DNA of 39,788 bases from a virus (Duplodnaviria; Caudoviricetes): positions 1 through 39,788 of IMG/VR virus record IMGVR_UViG_3300016484_000793. One strand, 5' to 3'. Positions 19,099-26,368 of the stretch are shown piece by piece. The position numbers and the translations under genes were made by a program. A model generated the notes under the pieces. It searched no databases. It saw only the letters and a list, made by a program, of their open reading frames with translations, and was not told the DNA's origin. How positions within the stretch are numbered: position 1 is the stretch's first letter; every line of letters begins with the position of its first letter.

Positions 19099-19438
19099 TG
19101 ACGGTTATTCCTCTCGCAAGCTGAACGCGTTTCCATTTTTCTTGGGTGGTATGCCCGTCCCAATTCCGCTCAATCTGTGGCAGGTTACCGACTTCAAAGT
19201 CATCGGGGACGTGGAAGGTCATGGATCCGTTTCGCAGGGATATGACGCGGCGCCAACCAGGATATCGGGGGGCCCAGTGTCCTTCGCCCGCGTTTCCAAG
19301 CGCAACTTCGTCATCGTTATACCAGCCATCGCCTTTGCTAGGATCCGCAAAAGCCAGGGCCAGCATGTTGCGCTCCCAGTACGCGAGATCTTTGGATTCC
19401 TTGTCGGTGAACGATTCGTTCCAAACTTTTACGGTCAT
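19091..19438 (-). CDS. WDGH-motif phage protein
   Basis: AYWERN..., GSMTFHVP, WDGHTTQEKWKRV. Confidence 0.65.
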   Translation of the reverse strand: MTVKVWNESFTDKESKDLAYWERNMLALAFADPSKGDGWYNDDEVALGNAGEGHWAPRYPGWRRVISLRNGSMTFHVPDDFEVGNLPQIERNWDGHTTQEKWKRVQLARGITVND

Positions 19439-19803
19439 GTTCTTGCCTCCGGTCCTTTGCCGACATGAGATCTGTGATCGACTTCGATGTGATCCAACAG
19501 CATCTCCTGCAACTGTTGAATGATCTCAACCGCATTGACGAGACTATCGCAAGTCGAATAGAGCATATGTACTGTGTTTTCCAGCTTCTTACCTTCAGCG
19601 GAATCCGACTTCCCTTTGGCCTTGATTCGGATGCCTCTTTCACCTTCAAAACTCAGGCATGACCAGGAAGGCTGATCCCAGCCATACCAGAAATGGGATC
19701 CCTTGTCGTTCGCAAGGAAGACCGTCGCGGCCATGTCGTACTTGGCTGCTATGGCCTTTATCTCATCGACCGCTTTCGCGAAGTTTTCGTCGATGACGTT
19801 CAC
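19435..19803 (-). CDS. Hypothetical protein
   Basis: GTG start overlapping the upstream stop (GTGA) with SD GAGG; coupled within the operon. Confidence 0.6.
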   Translation of the reverse strand: MNVIDENFAKAVDEIKAIAAKYDMAATVFLANDKGSHFWYGWDQPSWSCLSFEGERGIRIKAKGKSDSAEGKKLENTVHMLYSTCDSLVNAVEIIQQLQEMLLDHIEVDHRSHVGKGPEART

Positions 19804-19994
19804 AGCATCGCCCTCACTGCACAGTCTTTTGCTTCCAAAAGCTTGCGGAGAGCCCATTTGGTCTCTCCTTTATCCGGCTCGCGCTCAGCAACGACCTTCG
19901 CCAGTTCATAAAACGGCTTACTGATTTCTTGCAAGTGGGGAGGCAAATGCGCGAAATGGAAATACTTTAAGATTTCGTAAACACTCTGGCTCAT
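19800..19994 (-). CDS. Conserved small helical-hairpin phage protein (HLPPHLQ..SKPF..LRKLLEAKDCAVRA family)
   Basis: Recognisable widespread phage motif; ATGA coupling. Confidence 0.75.
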   Translation of the reverse strand: MSQSVYEILKYFHFAHLPPHLQEISKPFYELAKVVAEREPDKGETKWALRKLLEAKDCAVRAML

Positions 19995-20230
19995 CCGTCC
20001 TTCCTCTCTTCCTGCAATGGAGCAGATCCGTTGCGGGCGATCTGATCATCGCGGATTGCCTTGCCGACCCACATGTATGCTTCTTCTAGCTTTGTGAGCA
20101 CCAAGGCTTTTGCCCGTGGGGACTGGAGGAACTGATTTACGCCGCTTTCCAATTCTTCGAATTCTTGTTTGAACCATCCTTGTTGATCGATGGCTTTGTC
20201 ATCGTACTTCACATAATCAAAGCGGCTCAT
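19991..20230 (-). CDS. Acb2/Tad1-like helical-hairpin protein (putative immune-signal sponge)
   Basis: ATG at 20230 with SD AGGAG; motif SPRAKALVLTKLEEAYMWVGKAI. Confidence 0.65.
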   Translation of the reverse strand: MSRFDYVKYDDKAIDQQGWFKQEFEELESGVNQFLQSPRAKALVLTKLEEAYMWVGKAIRDDQIARNGSAPLQEERKDG

Positions 20231-20231
20231 T

Positions 20232-20432
20232 TCAACTCCTAAACTTTTTGTAAAGCACATCCGCATATTCAACTGCCTTGGTCGCCAGCTCATCGATGGG
20301 CAACTTGCAGGTGTTTACATTGGCCAGCATGCCTTGCAGGGCATTGCCTGCAAAGATCGCGCGGAGACCGATCGGGTCCTGCTTGTCCTTCTGCTGCGAG
20401 TTCAGATCCCGGAAAGGATCAACGTAGCTCAT
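20232..20432 (-). CDS. Conserved small phage protein (LRxxFAxxA(L/M)QG..A..AD family)
   Basis: GLRAIFAGNALQGMLAN..AVEYAD motif; coupled to recT. Confidence 0.7.
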   Translation of the reverse strand: MSYVDPFRDLNSQQKDKQDPIGLRAIFAGNALQGMLANVNTCKLPIDELATKAVEYADVLYKKFRS

Positions 20433-21262
20433 TGCTCTTCCTCCATAGCCATGCGGTCTGTGAGCGACGTATCAGACGCGCTCGCGCCAGATCGCGGGAT
20501 TTCTTTGCCGGTAGCGGCGTCTATCGTGATCCCAGCATCTCGTGCGAGCTTGCTGTAATCGGTCTTCACGTAGTCGCCATCTTCATCATCGAAGACGGCC
20601 ATCATCTCAGCGGACTTCGGTAGCAGCTTGTAAAGGCGACGAATTACGGTCTTCTTCGCCATCTCTCCCCAGTGCTTTCGCCATGCATCCGTTGAATCCT
20701 TGCCTTTGCGGTTTTCCGATTCGTTCTTCTGGATCTGCGCATTCGTCATCACAGCGTATACCGAGCCGCCACCAACAAGAACCGCTTGGGCATAGGCAAG
20801 CTTCACATTTGTCTGATCGCGAACGTCTATGTTCCAGTCGATTTCATGCTCGAAAATAAGGCCGTCCTGCGTTCTCTTGTGAACGAAGACATCGCTTTCC
20901 ACAACCAGATCAGCATCAAAAGACTTAATCTTTCCTGTTCGATAGGCAAGTTCAATCATGCCTTGATAGCCAAGCTGAAGCTTGATGCGTCCTTTGTAGA
21001 CGATCAGGTAGCAGTGCCCAAGCCCTGATCCTATCTCAAGTCCAAGCTGAGCAGCCTGAACTACAGCTCCAAAAAATTCGAGCGGGTTATCGTTCGCTGC
21101 AGCGTTAAGATCCGCGCTCTTTGAAAGTTCCGTAAGAGCGATTCGCTTGATCCTCTCGGCATCGATGTTTTTAGGAAGCGCGCGCTTCAGCTCCAAGAAC
21201 TTGTTCGGATCGTCCAAGAACTGCTGTGGCGTGACTTTGCGGACTGCTGCTGCATTGCTCAT
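20429..21262 (-). CDS. recT: RecT-family single-strand annealing recombinase
   Basis: AAQLGLEIG..LGHCYLIVY, LGYQGMIELAYRTG, W..HWGEMAKKTVIRRL.KLLPKS. Confidence 0.93.
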   Translation of the reverse strand: MSNAAAVRKVTPQQFLDDPNKFLELKRALPKNIDAERIKRIALTELSKSADLNAAANDNPLEFFGAVVQAAQLGLEIGSGLGHCYLIVYKGRIKLQLGYQGMIELAYRTGKIKSFDADLVVESDVFVHKRTQDGLIFEHEIDWNIDVRDQTNVKLAYAQAVLVGGGSVYAVMTNAQIQKNESENRKGKDSTDAWRKHWGEMAKKTVIRRLYKLLPKSAEMMAVFDDEDGDYVKTDYSKLARDAGITIDAATGKEIPRSGASASDTSLTDRMAMEEEQ

Positions 21263-22185
21263 ATCACATATTCCTTAAAGACAGAGGATGGGTGTTCGAT
21301 TTCCTGCATGCGCGCTTGCGCGGATGACCAGCGATTCGTTCTCAGGGCTTCGGCCAGGTCCGAGAGCGCGGTCTTGTAATCCATATGCCCAATGCTCATA
21401 GTTCGCTTGGAGATCTCGTAAACCGCGCATTCATAGGGTTTTACGGTCTGGACCGCGATGATGACTGTAGCGGATACAGGCGTCCCTGTGATGATCTCGG
21501 TGCCATCCGCATACATGGCGAGTGAGATATCGAAGCGCTCTTTCCAGAGCGTCCGGGAATAAGCGTTCCAGCTTATGTCTTTACTGGTCGTTTTGATGTC
21601 GATGATCGCGTTATATCGTGTGTTGTAGGAGTCGGGGCGAATTCTGCATGGCATGCCGGTTTCACGGTCGTGGAAGAAGCCGGATCTTTCTGCGATTCCC
21701 TTCTTCAGGAGCTTCAGCGCATTGGGATGGGAAGCCAGCGAATCCATCATCCAACGCATCTCATCGAAGCGCTTTTGGGTCAGGATCGTTCGTCCCTGGT
21801 TCTCTTCAAGCCAGGCTTTTTTCGCCTCCTGAACCTTCTTTGCATTCGCATGCAAAGGCTCGCCAGTCTTGGGATTTACGAAAGGTAGGCCTGTCTCAGG
21901 ATCGATGAACTCCCTCGGCATCACCGCGTGGAGCTTTTCGAATTGGTCGGGCTCCAATGCCGCCTGGTGGAAGGCAGTTCCGAAGTCCTTCAATTCTGTC
22001 GGCTCATCGGCAGAATTAAAACTCCATAAGAAAGACTTCCCGGACTTTGGGAACTTCCTTAGGCTGCTGCTTGATACGTGGGTCTTGAGCGCGTGATAGG
22101 CTTCGTTGCTCAGGTCTTCCCGCCAGTGCGGGTCTTCTCTTTCAGGCGAGAGAAAGCTCTGCCTCAGGGTCTCGATCGGCGACAT
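21259..22185 (-). CDS. RecE/exonuclease VIII-like PD-(D/E)XK nuclease
   Basis: LSNEAYHA..VSSSSLR, FGTAFH, CRIRPD, IIDIKTT; upstream of recT. Confidence 0.88.
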   Translation of the reverse strand: MSPIETLRQSFLSPEREDPHWREDLSNEAYHALKTHVSSSSLRKFPKSGKSFLWSFNSADEPTELKDFGTAFHQAALEPDQFEKLHAVMPREFIDPETGLPFVNPKTGEPLHANAKKVQEAKKAWLEENQGRTILTQKRFDEMRWMMDSLASHPNALKLLKKGIAERSGFFHDRETGMPCRIRPDSYNTRYNAIIDIKTTSKDISWNAYSRTLWKERFDISLAMYADGTEIITGTPVSATVIIAVQTVKPYECAVYEISKRTMSIGHMDYKTALSDLAEALRTNRWSSAQARMQEIEHPSSVFKEYVI

Positions 22186-22260
22186 TCAGAGTGTCTCCAT
22201 CAGATATTTGGTTTTCAGCACCTGCTGACATTGCGTTCGTAAAGATTTTTTGACAACTAT

Positions 22261-22276
22261 GTTCACGACTGTGAAC
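22261..22276. promoter_or_regulatory. Palindromic operator-like site GTTCAC-N4-GTGAAC in the divergent recE/int region
   Basis: Perfect 6-bp arms next to TTGACA (22250); near-copy at 31382. Confidence 0.45.
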
Positions 22277-22426
22277 GGTCTGCGAATAAAGGCTTTCAGG
22301 GCTCTTTGTGGGCGGGATGATTGCTAATTGCTATTGGTTAAAGTCTAAATCTTTTTCTGGGCGTGTCCGAGCGGTGGAAAAATGAGACAGCCAATTGCGT
22401 TAACAGATCGTTAACAAGAGGTTTGG

Positions 22427-23545
22427 ATGACTGATAAGCGCGTTCGCTTCAGGCTTGGATGGAAGGCTAATCAAAGGCTTTCGGCGATCTTCGAAGAGTA
22501 TAGCAGCTTCGTTAAGAAGGACAGACCGAGATCCGGGCATCAGGATGTCTGCATGCTCAGAAACTACGGAATCCCTTTTTTTGCTGATAATATGCGAAGG
22601 TCAGATCCGAACAAATGGGCCGACTTCGGGGAAGAGTTTCGAACCTGGCTGCAAGATGAGGCCTTGACGCTCAAGAAGAAACGCTTGTCTGTAGCGACTT
22701 GTAACCGTGTCGTAAGCTCCATGAATAAATTTCTGCTATGGATGAAACGAAAGAAAATCATCACTCATCGCAACTATCGACCTTTTGAAACCGTTGACCA
22801 GCGTGGACTTAGAAAGCGAGGCGTCCATGACCTTGTCTCCGATGCCGACTATGAGCTTGTGCGTAATCACATGCTTACAAACGATGGGCAGCTCTACGCG
22901 GACCTTTGGTTTACGCAAAGACGCATGGGCTTTCGAGTGATGGAGCTACTGGGCATTCCTTTTTGCTGGTTGTCAGACGATTGTCCTGACTTCATAAAGC
23001 AGGCTTTCGAATCCAAGGGCTGTAAGGTTTACGGGTCGATCTATCTTGAGAGTCAGCCGAAGTTCGACCATATAAAGCTGGTTAATGGGCTGATCGAAAG
23101 GGTCCCTTTGAAGGGGCGGCCATCGATCGGCGTGGACTTTTCCCGAACGGTTCCAGTCCTTTGTCCAAACCTCTGGGACATGCTAGTGGAGCGCTATGAG
23201 AGGCAGAGAGGATTGTTTGAATCTGCTTCACTTGGGCCGCTCGCTGTGAAAGAGTCTTACCTTCTCTTCGAAGGAGCGCAGAAGAGAAAATACCTGCAGT
23301 TCATTCGCGAGGCTTACAAGAAGGAGGGCCGTGAAGCCAGCGGCTCACATGTTCTTCGTCATACCGTGTCCACCGATTGGACCGCGTTAAAGATTGATTC
23401 AAGAACGCTAGAATTGGTTCTTGGACACAAGGAAAAGTCCCATGCAATCTATGTCCATATCGTCGGTCAGGTGAATGCTGAACGCCAGAAAGCTGCTCCT
23501 CTAAAGAGATTGCTGAAATCAGTAGAGAAAACTGGAGAAAGTTAG
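22427..23545 (+). CDS. int: Tyrosine recombinase / integrase
   Basis: GFRVMELL (R), SHVLRHT (HxxR), LGH and AIYVH (Y) catalytic residues. Confidence 0.9.
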   Translation: MTDKRVRFRLGWKANQRLSAIFEEYSSFVKKDRPRSGHQDVCMLRNYGIPFFADNMRRSDPNKWADFGEEFRTWLQDEALTLKKKRLSVATCNRVVSSMNKFLLWMKRKKIITHRNYRPFETVDQRGLRKRGVHDLVSDADYELVRNHMLTNDGQLYADLWFTQRRMGFRVMELLGIPFCWLSDDCPDFIKQAFESKGCKVYGSIYLESQPKFDHIKLVNGLIERVPLKGRPSIGVDFSRTVPVLCPNLWDMLVERYERQRGLFESASLGPLAVKESYLLFEGAQKRKYLQFIREAYKKEGREASGSHVLRHTVSTDWTALKIDSRTLELVLGHKEKSHAIYVHIVGQVNAERQKAAPLKRLLKSVEKTGES

Positions 23546-23660
23546 TAGAGTCACCAAACGGAATAAACTGCCAAGATTTAGATACGTCTCCAGTAAATGT
23601 CAAGGCAGTTTAATTAACAATCTGGCGTATTTATGTGCGCTAGAAATTGGCAGTTTTTAT
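23546..23660. other. Candidate attP / recombinase-binding region
   Basis: AT-rich non-coding region right after int; GGCAGTTT at 23565-72 (inverted), 23604-11 and 23649-56; dif-like 30-mer at 23612-23641. Confidence 0.4.
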
Positions 23661-23708
23661 CAGAGTTTATGATTCTTACGGAGTTATTGTGAGCTGAAGT
23701 AAGCAGAT

Positions 23709-23740
23709 AAAAAAAGAGCCGACTGTTGGAAGCAGTCGGC
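23709..23740 (-). terminator. Intrinsic terminator (minus strand)
   Basis: 8-bp GC-rich stem followed by 7 T on the minus strand. Confidence 0.75.
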
Positions 23741-23768
23741 GTCTTCAAAAACAAAATCAATAGTGAGT
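23709..23768 (-). ncRNA. Candidate ~60-nt antisense RNA to the replication-operon leader
   Basis: Minus-strand promoter TTGACG-N17-TAGCAT (23803-23775) and minus-strand terminator GCCGACTG-loop-CAGTCGGC-TC-T7 (23740-23709). Confidence 0.55.
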
Positions 23769-23774
23769 GAGGTC

Positions 23775-23803
23775 ATGCTAATGAAAAGCATAGTTCCCGT
23801 CAA
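23775..23803 (-). promoter_or_regulatory. Sigma70-type antisense promoter
   Basis: TTGACG-17 nt-TAGCAT. Confidence 0.55.
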
Positions 23804-23891
23804 GCCTTTGCGTCCCAAGATTTCCCGCACAATCAAAAATTCACATTCGACACGCGCAAAATTCCTCCCTGTCGCGGGAGTGATGCAATGA
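23781..23891 (+). CDS. Putative 36-aa leader peptide coupled to the replication initiator
   Basis: SD GAGG at 23769-72, ATG at 23781, stop TGA overlaps the rep ATG (ATGA at 23888). Confidence 0.45.
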   Translation: MKSIVPVKPLRPKISRTIKNSHSTRAKFLPVAGVMQ

Positions 23892-24793
23892 CAAAACCTA
23901 CCGAGCCGAATGACGCTGTTTTTGGCCCAGTTTTCATGCATTACGGCGATGTCATGGACATGATGGACGATATCGCGAACGCGTATGATCTCAGCTACCT
24001 AGAATTTCGCCTGCTGAGGCGTATTCTTCATACAATGCCAAGGCCTGGATACAGGACCTTTCTGCAGATGTCCCTCCCGCACAAAGTTGCATTTTACGCT
24101 GAAAAAATTGTGCGACCTAAAAACAAGATTTCCGAAGTTTTCACCAAGTTGGAAGAAAAGGGAATCACTGTCGGTGAAGCTCATGGCAGAGGCAAAGAGC
24201 GGGCATTGTCAGATCAATTCATAGCCCGTTTGATCTTCGGAATCCCGAAGCCAACCAAAAAGACGCGCGCTAAAAATGTCGAGAAAGGTCCTGAAAAAGG
24301 GACCTATTCCAACTTAGAAGTTATCCCCACAACTGGGGATTGTTTCGAAAACAGGTCCCCAAAACAGGACCCGTCAAGTCCGCTTTTAGGGACTATACAG
24401 GTCCCTGAAAACGGACATGACAGGTCCCCAAAACAGGACTTTGCATCTAATATAGAAGTTCTCCCTATTCTTTATCCCTCCCTCCTATCCCGTAGTCTTT
24501 CCCTACCCGGCCAGACTGTGGATAACCCGGATGCCGAAAATGACGCCCAAACAAACGTGACCAGCTTCCCTGCTGCACACATGGCCAAACGACTGATGGG
24601 CCATCATCACCTTCGCGAGCCCATGGAACGGGTTACGAGGTGGTTCTCCGATCTCATTGCCACCTACAACTTGGATCTCGCGGATGCCTTTCTTAGTCGA
24701 ACTTTGAAATTTGAACCGCATCACACGAACCTTCTGGACCTGGGTCGTGCTGCAGCGCGCTTCTGCGAAAAGATGATGGAGAGAGCGCAATGA
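23888..24793 (+). CDS. Replication initiator (lambda O / wHTH-like)
   Basis: N-terminal wHTH-like (KISEVFTKLEEKG); the central linker encodes iterons; helical C-terminal domain. Confidence 0.8.
   Translation: MTKPTEPNDAVFGPVFMHYGDVMDMMDDIANAYDLSYLEFRLLRRILHTMPRPGYRTFLQMSLPHKVAFYAEKIVRPKNKISEVFTKLEEKGITVGEAHGRGKERALSDQFIARLIFGIPKPTKKTRAKNVEKGPEKGTYSNLEVIPTTGDCFENRSPKQDPSSPLLGTIQVPENGHDRSPKQDFASNIEVLPILYPSLLSRSLSLPGQTVDNPDAENDAQTNVTSFPAAHMAKRLMGHHHLREPMERVTRWFSDLIATYNLDLADAFLSRTLKFEPHHTNLLDLGRAAARFCEKMMERAQ
24288..24439. repeat. Origin iterons GTCC-N8-GGAC
   Basis: Copies at 24288, 24355, 24378, 24401 and 24424 (last four with an exact 23-bp period; 24378 copy inverted); followed by an AT-rich and pyrimidine tract. 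Confidence 0.85.
24517..24525 (-). promoter_or_regulatory. DnaA box
   Basis: TGTGGATAA = TTATCCACA on the minus strand; one-mismatch box TTATCCCCA at 24321. Confidence 0.7.
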
Positions 24794-25014
24794 CAAAACG
24801 AGCGGTTAGCCAAACGGAGCGGTGCATCCGCGCTCTGCAAAAAATTCCGATGCTTTGGTTCGAAGCCTTTGAACTCATCGGCCCGATGGGCAGTTCTCCT
24901 GAAGAGACTCGTCGATTCCGGGTGCAGCTTCGCAATGCTGCAAATGCGGCTATGGAAATCATCGACTTCGAAGAACGATTGGAAAAGCTCACTCTTCCGG
25001 AGGATCGGATATGA
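24790..25014 (+). CDS. Hypothetical protein
   Basis: ATGA-coupled to rep and to the next gene. Confidence 0.65.
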   Translation: MTKRAVSQTERCIRALQKIPMLWFEAFELIGPMGSSPEETRRFRVQLRNAANAAMEIIDFEERLEKLTLPEDRI

Positions 25015-25337
25015 AAATCCCCTACCGCCAAGCCATCGGCGCAATCCTCGCGATGAATTCGGAATACCGCTTCTCCTCGATGGAGCTGACTCTGCTCATG
25101 CGTTTCATCGGTCTGCTGGGTGATGACGAAATCGATCTAGACGAGACGAACAGCACAGAGCGTCCGGACTGGAAGGAGCTTTTGCGCTGCACGAACGATC
25201 CGTACATCTCCCGGCTTTTCACGTCCCTTGTGGAAAAGGGCGTAATGACGGTGGAGCGAAAATACGAAAACAACGGCTACAGAGCCCACCGTGCGCTGCA
25301 TCCAGCGTTTCGGGAAGCGATTCGAACACACGCCTAA
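25011..25337 (+). CDS. Stand-alone wHTH protein resembling the initiator N-domain
   Basis: YISRLFTSLVEKGV..RALHPAF versus KISEVFTKLEEKGI..RALSDQF. Confidence 0.6.
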   Translation: MKIPYRQAIGAILAMNSEYRFSSMELTLLMRFIGLLGDDEIDLDETNSTERPDWKELLRCTNDPYISRLFTSLVEKGVMTVERKYENNGYRAHRALHPAFREAIRTHA

Positions 25338-25359
25338 CCAGCGTCAAAATGGAGAGAAA

Positions 25360-25545
25360 ATGTCAGAACCTCAAAAATCGGCATTACAGCGCCTTCGGGA
25401 TGCAATCCAGGGGAAGACCAGGGGAGACTCGAAAAAGAGAATCCTGGACAGACTTGGAGCCCTTCAATCAGGTCCCAGGGTGATCGGTGGACTCGACTTC
25501 TGGATGGCGAAGCAAACTGCGCAGAAAGAGAGCATCGGATCATGA
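25360..25545 (+). CDS. Hypothetical protein
   Basis: SD GGAG, ATG at 25360. Confidence 0.55.
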   Translation: MSEPQKSALQRLRDAIQGKTRGDSKKRILDRLGALQSGPRVIGGLDFWMAKQTAQKESIGS

Positions 25546-25555
25546 GGATTGAGAG

Positions 25556-26368
25556 GTGTTGAATGCCCTGGATCTATTTAGCGGAATCGCTGGGAATACC
25601 CTTGCGCTTCGAGACTACTGCAAAGTCATCGCCTACTGCGAAGCGGACAGGCACGCGCAAGCAGTCCTCATTTCGCGGATGTCCGATGGATCAATTCAGC
25701 ATGCACCAATCTGTACTGACATCCGAGAGCTTTCCGGGATTGAGCTTCGAGGAGTCATCGACATCATCGTCGGTGGTTTTCCCTGCCAGGACATCAGCGT
25801 TGCAGGCAATGGCAAAGGCCTGGAAGGCGAGCGAAGCGGACTTTTTTTCCAAATCCTGCGCTTGGCCGAAGAAATCGAGCCCGCATTCCTATTCCTGGAA
25901 AACGTTCCCGCGATCAGGACTCGTGGTCTGGCCAGAGTTATCGGAGAACTTTCCAGGATCGGGTATGACTGTCGCTGGACGATGCTTTCCGCTCAAGAGG
26001 TTGGGGCTCATCACAGACGCGAGCGTTGGTTTTGTCTGGCCTACCGTTCGAGCTTCGGATGGGGAGAAGGGAAGTCCGAATCAAAAGTTCTCAGCCGGTG
26101 GGATGACGCTTCCAGCGGCGGTAAGGCAGTGGCCAACGCCAATGTCCAGAGACTGGAAGTCCGGGAGCAAAGCGACAAAATCAAACAGCAGGCCGCTTTC
26201 AGAGGAAGTCGGTGGGAGCCTGAGCCCGATGTGGACAGAGTGGTTAATGGGCTTCCCCATCGGGTGGACCGAATTAAACGACTTGGGAATGCAGTGGTTC
26301 CAGCCCAAGCGAAAACAGCTTTTGAAATCTTAATGGGAATACGAAATGAAAATCCAAGTCATCAGTGA
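25556..26368 (+). CDS. C5-cytosine DNA methyltransferase, alpha (catalytic) polypeptide
   Basis: Motifs I LDLFSGIAG, IV GFPCQDIS, VI ENV, VIII HRRERWF, X LGNAVVP; no motif IX. Confidence 0.92.
   Translation: MLNALDLFSGIAGNTLALRDYCKVIAYCEADRHAQAVLISRMSDGSIQHAPICTDIRELSGIELRGVIDIIVGGFPCQDISVAGNGKGLEGERSGLFFQILRLAEEIEPAFLFLENVPAIRTRGLARVIGELSRIGYDCRWTMLSAQEVGAHHRRERWFCLAYRSSFGWGEGKSESKVLSRWDDASSGGKAVANANVQRLEVREQSDKIKQQAAFRGSRWEPEPDVDRVVNGLPHRVDRIKRLGNAVVPAQAKTAFEILMGIRNENPSHQ
25563..26333 (+). CDS. Nested +1-frame beta polypeptide of the methyltransferase (TRD-like WPT repeats + motif IX)
   Basis: 256-codon open frame, own SD GAGGTG, WPTVRASD, WPTPMSRDWK, LSPMWTEWLMGFPIGWT. Confidence 0.75.
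   Translation: MPWIYLAESLGIPLRFETTAKSSPTAKRTGTRKQSSFRGCPMDQFSMHQSVLTSESFPGLSFEESSTSSSVVFPARTSALQAMAKAWKASEADFFSKSCAWPKKSSPHSYSWKTFPRSGLVVWPELSENFPGSGMTVAGRCFPLKRLGLITDASVGFVWPTVRASDGEKGSPNQKFSAGGMTLPAAVRQWPTPMSRDWKSGSKATKSNSRPLSEEVGGSLSPMWTEWLMGFPIGWTELNDLGMQWFQPKRKQLLKS

Noticed and set aside
23540-23560. tRNA gene near the integrase
   Set aside because: Only a CCA-ending 11-mer; no T-arm or cloverleaf
24288-24439. Regularly spaced repeats as a mini-CRISPR
   Set aside because: 16-bp units with 7-bp gaps inside a rep gene fit iterons; there are no spacer-length unique sequences and no cas genes
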